40,571 nucleotides of DNA from Deltaproteobacteria bacterium RBG_16_54_11. GTDB lineage: Bacteria > Desulfobacterota > B13-G15 > RBG-16-54-18. The DNA lies in assembly GCA_001797905.1 (NCBI GenBank), contig MGQS01000109.1:821-41391 (forward strand), in the 5' to 3' direction. The position numbers were made by a program, and so were the translations under genes. Numbering within the stretch: the stretch's first letter is position 1; every line of letters begins with the position of its first letter. Below the pieces are notes generated by a model. The model was not told where the DNA came from, made no database searches, and was given only the letters and a program-made list of their open reading frames with translations. This document shows positions 34,998-40,571 of the stretch, in pieces.

Positions 34998-35084
34998 TAT
35001 CACAATAATAGTTGATTTTTCGCTCAAAAACGAATAGTATTGCCTGATCGCCGGTTATGGCGATAAGATATACTATTTTTATTA

Positions 35085-35110
35085 TTTTTGTCCGTTAAAA
35101 AGGACAAAAA
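35085..35110 (+). other. 9-bp perfect inverted repeat just upstream of the DegT RBS
   Basis: TTTTTGTCC-gttaaaaa-GGACAAAAA, ending 12 nt before ATG 35123. It is not followed by a T-tract, so it is not a typical terminator. Confidence 0.3.
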
Positions 35111-35122
35111 GGTCAGGGAGTT

Positions 35123-36265
35123 ATGAAGGTCCAGTTTCTCGATTTAAAGGCCCAATATAGCAAAATCAAAAAGGATATCGACCAGGCCGTTGCAGAGGTC
35201 ATCTCGGAACAGCATTTTATCCTGGGACCCAAGGTGGAGGCCTTGGAAGAGACCATAGCTGCCTATTCCTCTGCCCGTTATGGCATAGGGGTAGCCTCAG
35301 GCAGCGATGCCTTGGCCTTGTCCCTGCTGGCGTTGGGTATAGGATCCGGCGACGAGGTGATTACCACCCCCTTTACCTTTTTCGCCACGGCCGGCTCTGT
35401 TTCTAAGGTAGGGGCGAAGCCCGTGTTCGTCGACATCGATCCCAAGACGTACAATCTGGATCCCGGCCAAATAGAGGAGCGCATAACATCAGCGACCAAG
35501 GCCGTCATGCCTGTACACCTCTTCGGTCAATGTGCGGATATGGAGCCCATTAATGACCTGGCGCGAAGGCATAACCTCTGGATTATTGAGGATGCCGCCC
35601 AGGCCATTGGCTCCGACTACAAAAAGGATTCTGCCCCTTCCCAAAGGGCGGGGAGCATCGGGGATGTGGGGTGTTTCTCCTTCTACCCCTCCAAAAATTT
35701 GGGGGGATTTGGTGATGGGGGGATGGTGACCACCAATGACGATGAGTTGGCGCAGCGCCTCAAACTCCTCAGGGTACATGGCGCTTCGTCCAAATATTAC
35801 TATCAATCCATCGGGGTCAACAGCAGGTTGGATGCCCTGCAAGCCGCCGTCCTCCTGGCGAAATTTCGCTATCTGGAGGAGTGGACGGACAAGAGGCGGG
35901 AAAACGCCGCTTATTACAATCAGCTCTTCGAAGAGTCGGCTCACCAAACCCTCGGCATAGAGCTCCCCTCTGTCCAATACAACAACCGACATATCTATAA
36001 TCAGTATGTCATTAGGGTTCCCCAGAGGGATGAAATCAGGGAGTTCCTCACCCATGAAGGGATCGGCACCGATGTCTATTATCCCCTTCCCCTGCACCTG
36101 CAGGGATGCTACCGGGACCTCGGCTATAAAGAAGGTGATTTTCCCCATGCGGAGAAGGCTGCACAGGATACCCTGGCCCTTCCCATCTATCCCGAGCTCA
36201 CCGGGGAACAACAGGAATATGTGGTCTCCAAGGTAGCGGAGTTTTTCCGCACGTTCATCGTATGA
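35123..36265 (+). CDS. DegT/DnrJ/EryC1/StrS-family sugar aminotransferase
   Basis: 380 aa with FILGPKVEALEE, GVASGSDALALSLLALGIGSGDEVITTPFTFFAT and FSFYPSKNLGGFGDGGMVTT. Confidence 0.9.
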   Translation: MKVQFLDLKAQYSKIKKDIDQAVAEVISEQHFILGPKVEALEETIAAYSSARYGIGVASGSDALALSLLALGIGSGDEVITTPFTFFATAGSVSKVGAKPVFVDIDPKTYNLDPGQIEERITSATKAVMPVHLFGQCADMEPINDLARRHNLWIIEDAAQAIGSDYKKDSAPSQRAGSIGDVGCFSFYPSKNLGGFGDGGMVTTNDDELAQRLKLLRVHGASSKYYYQSIGVNSRLDALQAAVLLAKFRYLEEWTDKRRENAAYYNQLFEESAHQTLGIELPSVQYNNRHIYNQYVIRVPQRDEIREFLTHEGIGTDVYYPLPLHLQGCYRDLGYKEGDFPHAEKAAQDTLALPIYPELTGEQQEYVVSKVAEFFRTFIV

Positions 36266-37800
36266 TTGCCTCACAGGTAAAAAGGCTGGATTACTTTTGG
36301 GCCGCCCTTTCGGGGGCCCTTTTGGTTTTGAGCTTTCCCGTCGTTGCTCTCTGGCCCCTCGCCTGGTTCTTTTTGGTGCCTCTCTTATTGTGCACCCGAG
36401 GTAAACATGGCAAGGACGCCTTTCTTTTGGGAGCCTTTGCCGGCGTGATTGCCTATCTCGGGCTCATCTACTGGGTAGTCGTGGCTGTCCATAGGTACGG
36501 CAATATACCTCTTCCTCTCGCCATCCCTGTCCTTCTCCTGTTGGTCATCTACCTCAGCCTTTATTGGGGTATCTTTGCCTTTTTCGCCTCCTTCTCGAAA
36601 GAAAAAGGGGAGTGGATAGTGCTCTTGGCCTTTCCCGCCCTCTGGGTGGGGTTAGAGTACCTGCGTTCCTTTTTGCTCAGTGGCTTTCCGTGGGCCTTGG
36701 TCGGCTATTCTCAGTACATGAATACCGCTTTCGTACAAATAGCTGATATAACCGGAGTCTATGGGGTCTCTTTTCTGTTGATCTTGATCAATACCCTTCT
36801 TTTTCTTTGGCTTGTCCGTTGGAAAGAGAAGAAGAAGGTGCCTATTCAAGGCGCCATTTTCACCGTGGTCTTGATTGCCCTGACCTTTGCCTATGGCTAT
36901 TGGAAGATTAATCGCCCCGTGAAGGCTGAAACGGGGTTGATGGTTGGGGTCGCACAGGGGAATATCGCGCAGGATGTCAAGTGGGATAGCGCATTTCAAA
37001 AGAAGACAGTGGCGATCTACCGTGCATTATCGCTTCAACTTAAAGAGCAATCGCCGGGGCTCATCGTCTGGCCTGAGACAGCTGTGCCCTCCTATTTCCC
37101 CTCAGGTACAGAGTTGGATGACAGGGTAATGGGTGTCCCTCAGGAAACGGGAACGTACCTCCTCTTCGGAAGTCTTTCTGCGAAAAAAAAGAAAAAGGAG
37201 ATAACGGTCTACAATAGCGCCTATCTTCTCTCTCCTCAGCGACGTATCATCGGACGATACGATAAGATGCACCTGGTCCCCTTTGGCGAATATGTCCCCC
37301 TGTCTTCTCGTTTCCCCATCTTCAATACCCTGGCCGGCATTGGGAACATCGATCCAGGCGAAGAAACAGTACTGTTCCGCCTCCCCCGCGGCAAGTTCGG
37401 TGTCTTGATCTGTTTCGAGGTGATCTTCCCTGAACTGTGCCGGGAGTTTGTCCGTAATGGGGCCGACTTCATGGTGACTATCACCAATGATGCCTGGTTC
37501 GGCAAGACATCCGCGCCCTATCAACACCTTTCCCAGGCGACCTTCAGGGCCATAGAAAACCGCCTGTGGCTGGTCAGGGCTGCCAATACCGGGATAAGCG
37601 CATTCGTTGATCCCTGGGGAAGGATCCAAAAGTCCAGCACTCTCTTTACGCCGGCAATCTTGACGGAGGAGATAAAATTCAAGGCTAACACAATGACCTT
37701 CTATACGAGGTATGGTGACCTCTTTGCTATTGCCTGCTCTCTGCTGGGGATGGGCCTGATAGGCTATATCGTGCTCAAAAAGCAAGTAATCTGGTTTTGA
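36262..37800 (+). CDS. lnt: Apolipoprotein N-acyltransferase
   Basis: 512 aa. It has N-terminal polytopic TM segments, then a CN-hydrolase domain with VWPETAVP, YDKMHLVPFGEY and ICFEVIFPEL (catalytic Cys). It overlaps the upstream DegT by ATGA. Confidence 0.9.
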   Translation: MIASQVKRLDYFWAALSGALLVLSFPVVALWPLAWFFLVPLLLCTRGKHGKDAFLLGAFAGVIAYLGLIYWVVVAVHRYGNIPLPLAIPVLLLLVIYLSLYWGIFAFFASFSKEKGEWIVLLAFPALWVGLEYLRSFLLSGFPWALVGYSQYMNTAFVQIADITGVYGVSFLLILINTLLFLWLVRWKEKKKVPIQGAIFTVVLIALTFAYGYWKINRPVKAETGLMVGVAQGNIAQDVKWDSAFQKKTVAIYRALSLQLKEQSPGLIVWPETAVPSYFPSGTELDDRVMGVPQETGTYLLFGSLSAKKKKKEITVYNSAYLLSPQRRIIGRYDKMHLVPFGEYVPLSSRFPIFNTLAGIGNIDPGEETVLFRLPRGKFGVLICFEVIFPELCREFVRNGADFMVTITNDAWFGKTSAPYQHLSQATFRAIENRLWLVRAANTGISAFVDPWGRIQKSSTLFTPAILTEEIKFKANTMTFYTRYGDLFAIACSLLGMGLIGYIVLKKQVIWF

Positions 37801-37920
37801 CGACGGATAGAACCTATTGGGGTCAAACAGGATAGTATCGGCCCACAAGACAAAGACGGGCCCGCGACCATCAAAGCCAGATCTTCCCTCATTGGAGATG
37901 TTTGGATACTTTTTTTAAGG

Positions 37921-37949
37921 TTGACAAATAAGATTTAATATATTAAATA
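37921..37949 (+). promoter_or_regulatory. Sigma70-like promoter candidate for rplM-rpsI
   Basis: TTGACA lies at 37921-37926, with TAAATA 17 bp downstream at 37944-37949, about 40 bp before the rplM start. Confidence 0.4.
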
Positions 37950-37987
37950 TTATCTTTTACTGTCCAGAAAGAAGGTAAGGAATACGG

Positions 37988-38419
37988 ATGATGAAGACCG
38001 CGCATATGAGGAAAAAGGACGTCGAAAAAACATGGTATCTGATCGATGCCAATGGCAAGGTCTTGGGAAGATTGGCCAGTGAGATTGCAAAGATCTTGAG
38101 AGGCAAAAACAAGGCTATCTTTAGTCCCCACGTGGATACAGGGGACTTCGTGATCGTGGTAAATGCGGAGAAGGTTAGGCTGACAGGCGACAAGCTCCAG
38201 GACAAAGTATATTATCATCACTCCGGTTACCCGGGCGGGCTGAAGGCCATCGTCGCCGAAAAACTGTTATCCAAAAAGCCGGAAGAGTTGCTCAGACGGG
38301 CAGTAAAAGGAATGCTGCCGAAGAACAAGTTGGGAAGCAAGGTCTTCAAAAAATTGAAGGTCTATGCCGGTCCGAAGCATCCACATGAGGCGCAGCAGCC
38401 GGAACAACTCCAGCTTTAA
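37988..38419 (+). CDS. rplM: 50S ribosomal protein L13
   Basis: The sequence reads [50 protein letters not shown]...[12 protein letters not shown]. Confidence 0.97.
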   Translation: MMKTAHMRKKDVEKTWYLIDANGKVLGRLASEIAKILRGKNKAIFSPHVDTGDFVIVVNAEKVRLTGDKLQDKVYYHHSGYPGGLKAIVAEKLLSKKPEELLRRAVKGMLPKNKLGSKVFKKLKVYAGPKHPHEAQQPEQLQL

Positions 38420-38445
38420 ATAAGCGGTCTTGAGGAGACTATATC

Positions 38446-38838
38446 ATGGTTGAAGAGAAGTACTATGCTACGGGTAAGAGGAAGACGACAGTGGCGCGGG
38501 TTTGGCTGAAACCTGGGGCGGGGACAATTGAGGTCAATAAAAGGGCCTTTAATGACTATTTCCCCAGGGAGACGCTGAGGATGACTATCCAGCGGCCCTT
38601 TGAATTGACCAATACCATGGGACAGTTCGATGTCTATGTCAATGTCAATGGGGGGGGGATGTCGGGACAGGCAGGAGCTATTAAACATGGTATCTCCAAG
38701 GCCCTGTTGACCTATAATGAGAAATATAGGGAGGTGTTGAAAAAGGCCGGCTTTATTACCCGTGATCCGAGAGTAAAGGAAAGAAAGAAATACGGACAGC
38801 GCGGAGCCAGAGCTCGATTTCAATACTCGAAGCGATAG
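38446..38838 (+). CDS. rpsI: 30S ribosomal protein S9
   Basis: It has [38 protein letters not shown] and the C-terminal [25 protein letters not shown]. Confidence 0.97.
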   Translation: MVEEKYYATGKRKTTVARVWLKPGAGTIEVNKRAFNDYFPRETLRMTIQRPFELTNTMGQFDVYVNVNGGGMSGQAGAIKHGISKALLTYNEKYREVLKKAGFITRDPRVKERKKYGQRGARARFQYSKR

Positions 38839-38849
38839 GTTAGCCAACC

Positions 38850-38881
38850 AGGGGAGGTTAACCTCCCCTTTTTTATTTTTT
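38850..38881 (+). terminator. Rho-independent terminator after rpsI
   Basis: GGGGAGG-TTAA-CCTCCCC (38851-38868) is followed by TTTTTTATTTTTT. Confidence 0.85.
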
Positions 38882-38894
38882 ATAACCGGGGGGA

Positions 38895-39932
38895 ATGGTG
38901 AAGATAGGAATCATCGGTGCCAGTGGTTATACAGGGCAGGAACTGGTGCGGGTCTTGGCGCGGCATCCGAAGGTCGAGATCACCTCGGTGACCTCCGAGC
39001 GATTCGCGGGTGCGGCCATAGCCGACATATTTCCTTCCTTGAAAGGCCTTATCGATCTTCGCCTCAGCGAGCTGTCGGTCCAGCGGATCGCCGGAGAATC
39101 GGACTTTATCTTTGCGGCGTTGCCCCATGGGACGTCGATGGGTGTCGTAAAGGAATGTATCAAAGCGGGGAAGAAGGTTGTAGACCTCAGCGCTGATTTC
39201 AGGCTGAAGGATCCGGATCTCTATGAACGATGGTACGGAAAACACTCCTGCCCTGATCTCCTGCAGGAGGCGATATATGGACTCCCCGAACTATATCGAG
39301 ATGAGATAAAAGGGGGGCAGTTGGTGGCCAATCCCGGGTGCTATCCGACCGGGGCCATCCTTGCCCTAGCCCCCCTGTTGGAACAAGGGATGATATCTCC
39401 TGTGGGTATTATAATCGATGCCAAGTCAGGGGTCAGTGGCGCTGGGAGGAATCCCTCTATGACAAATCTCTTTGGTGAGGTGGCAGAGGGGTTGAAGGCC
39501 TATGGCGTTGCCAAACACCGCCATGCCCCGGAGATGGAGCAGGAACTCAGTTCGCGTGCAGGCAAACAGATCCATATCCTCTTTGTCCCCCACCTGATCC
39601 CCATTAATAGGGGTCTGTTGTCCACCATCTATGCCCGCACGAACGGAGAGCTTTCGACTGAGCAGGCATACGGTGTGTTGCGGCGGCGCTATGGCAAGGA
39701 GCCTTTCGTACGCCTCTGTTCACCAGGGGCATTTCCTGCCACCATGGAGGTACGGGGGTCCAATTATTGTGATCTGGGGGTCATGGTGGATGAACGCTCA
39801 GGGCAACTGATCGTCATCTCCGCCATCGACAACCTGGTAAAGGGCGCCTCCGGGCAGGCCGTCCAAAACATGAATATTATGTGCGGCTTCCCGGAGACCA
39901 TGGGCTTGGAGCAGATCCCTCTCGCCCCGTGA
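38895..39932 (+). CDS. argC: N-acetyl-gamma-glutamyl-phosphate reductase
   Basis: 345 aa with VKIGIIGASGYTGQELVRVLARHP, LVANPGCYPTG (catalytic Cys) and DNLVKGASGQAVQNMN. Confidence 0.95.
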   Translation: MVKIGIIGASGYTGQELVRVLARHPKVEITSVTSERFAGAAIADIFPSLKGLIDLRLSELSVQRIAGESDFIFAALPHGTSMGVVKECIKAGKKVVDLSADFRLKDPDLYERWYGKHSCPDLLQEAIYGLPELYRDEIKGGQLVANPGCYPTGAILALAPLLEQGMISPVGIIIDAKSGVSGAGRNPSMTNLFGEVAEGLKAYGVAKHRHAPEMEQELSSRAGKQIHILFVPHLIPINRGLLSTIYARTNGELSTEQAYGVLRRRYGKEPFVRLCSPGAFPATMEVRGSNYCDLGVMVDERSGQLIVISAIDNLVKGASGQAVQNMNIMCGFPETMGLEQIPLAP

Positions 39933-39940
39933 GGGTTTCC

Positions 39941-40540
39941 TCAGTCTTCTTTCACCTCAGCGGTTGCAGGGAGGAGCGGTTTTATCTTGATGAGAGTCCC
40001 CACGGGCGGGGCGTCTAATTCATCCATCCCATTAAATCGTTTGATGTCATCGGCATATTTGGTCGACTGGTAAAACCTGGCGGAGATTGCTTGAAAAGTA
40101 TCTCCGCTCTTTACCATGTACACCTTCAGCCTATGGAGCGGTATCAGCGCTGCTTGCTGAGAGGAAAGGAGACGGAAGCTGAAGATTACTGCATTAAACA
40201 TTCTTTCCCCCCTGGCAAATTCTTGCAGGTTGGCAATATTGGCCACGATAAATCCCGTCCGCTCCCTGGTTACATAAGCGATACGTAGCCCCAGCACCCC
40301 CCCACTCTGCGATTTGGCCCTGTAATCGACACGATAGGCCCTTTCCCCAGCGATGGTGATCCACGAAGCGCCGTATGGTTGCAAACCTGAATCTTTTTCC
40401 ACCGCGGCGGCTAAATCGCGAGGGGTTAGTTTCTCTTTCAACTCCAAGGGTATGACCTGGGAGAGGTACTGCTGGGAAGGATCCTGCGCCACGACTGAAC
40501 CCCCTGCATCCCCCCTCTGTACCTTCCATCCCGCCGGCAT
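39941..40540 (-). CDS. LysM domain-containing protein (N-terminus may extend beyond the window)
   Basis: It carries a C-terminal LysM: YMVKSGDTFQAISARFYQSTKYADDIKRFNGMD...GTLIKIKPL. The reading frame stays open upstream of ATG 40540 to the window edge. Confidence 0.7.
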   Translation of the reverse strand: MPAGWKVQRGDAGGSVVAQDPSQQYLSQVIPLELKEKLTPRDLAAAVEKDSGLQPYGASWITIAGERAYRVDYRAKSQSGGVLGLRIAYVTRERTGFIVANIANLQEFARGERMFNAVIFSFRLLSSQQAALIPLHRLKVYMVKSGDTFQAISARFYQSTKYADDIKRFNGMDELDAPPVGTLIKIKPLLPATAEVKED

Positions 40541-40571
40541 CTGTATCTGATATCGGAAATGTCTGTTTTTA

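Noticed and set aside
35047-35080. Possible phoU terminator: ATCGCC-ggttat-GGCGAT hairpin.
   Set aside because: The stem is only 6 bp, and the T-rich run begins about 10 nt downstream rather than immediately after it. That is too weak to call.
35489-36274. 261-aa minus-strand ORF antisense to the DegT gene, and similarly 37102..37848 (248 aa) antisense to lnt.
   Set aside because: No recognisable motifs. The + strand products have strong family signatures, which makes these typical shadow ORFs of GC-rich coding sequence.
1-40571. Searched for CRISPR arrays, tRNA/rRNA genes, transposases, integrases, toxin-antitoxin pairs and known defence-system genes.
   Set aside because: I recognised no spaced direct-repeat arrays, no tRNA-like T-arm/acceptor patterns, and no ORF with DDE, tyrosine/serine recombinase, nuclease or helicase defence-type motifs. 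The accessory content here is glycan biosynthesis.

Overview
The window looks like a bacterial chromosomal segment. No rRNA, tRNA, CRISPR array, transposase or integrase was recognised. It has three parts.

(1) Positions 1-24.1 kb hold a large surface-polysaccharide locus.
- A leftward operon of four overlapping genes: WbqC-like, PIG-L deacetylase, DegT aminotransferase and a WecA/MraY-type priming transferase. The last runs off the left edge and is absent from the ORF track.
- A divergent VanZ-like gene.
- A 380-bp AT-rich control region with a near-consensus sigma54 -24/-12 element.
- A long rightward gene train: an ExeA-like AAA+ ATPase fused to an HD-GYP domain; a Wza-like exporter carrying a 21-bp x5 tandem repeat; a Wzc-type chain-length/BY-kinase; a Wzy/O-antigen-ligase-like protein; a Wzx flippase; four class I SAM methyltransferases; a GT2-radical SAM (twitch/SPASM-like) fusion; a CgeB-like GT; a hexapeptide acetyltransferase; a GT4; an APH-fold kinase; two GT9 paralogs; and a second DegT.
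- Roughly 10.1-16.5 kb and 18.6-20.0 kb are markedly AT-rich relative to the flanks, so the composition is mosaic.

(2) Positions 24.1-35.0 kb hold housekeeping and phosphate genes: an N-terminally short CinA; TsaC; a PHP-GT4 fusion gene that appears 3'-truncated; a phoB/phoR-like pair; and pstSCAB-phoU. An identical 16-mer containing 11-bp-phased CTAACA direct repeats (Pho-box-like) lies upstream of both pstS and the PHP-GT gene.

(3) Positions 35.1-40.6 kb hold a third DegT overlapping lnt, then rplM-rpsI with a clear intrinsic terminator, argC, and a convergent LysM protein.

The most interesting candidates are the AAA+/HD-GYP fusion heading the export module, the GT2-radical SAM fusion inside the AT-rich cassette, and the Pho-box-associated PHP-glycosyltransferase. 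All functional calls rest on motif recognition by eye. No database search was run.
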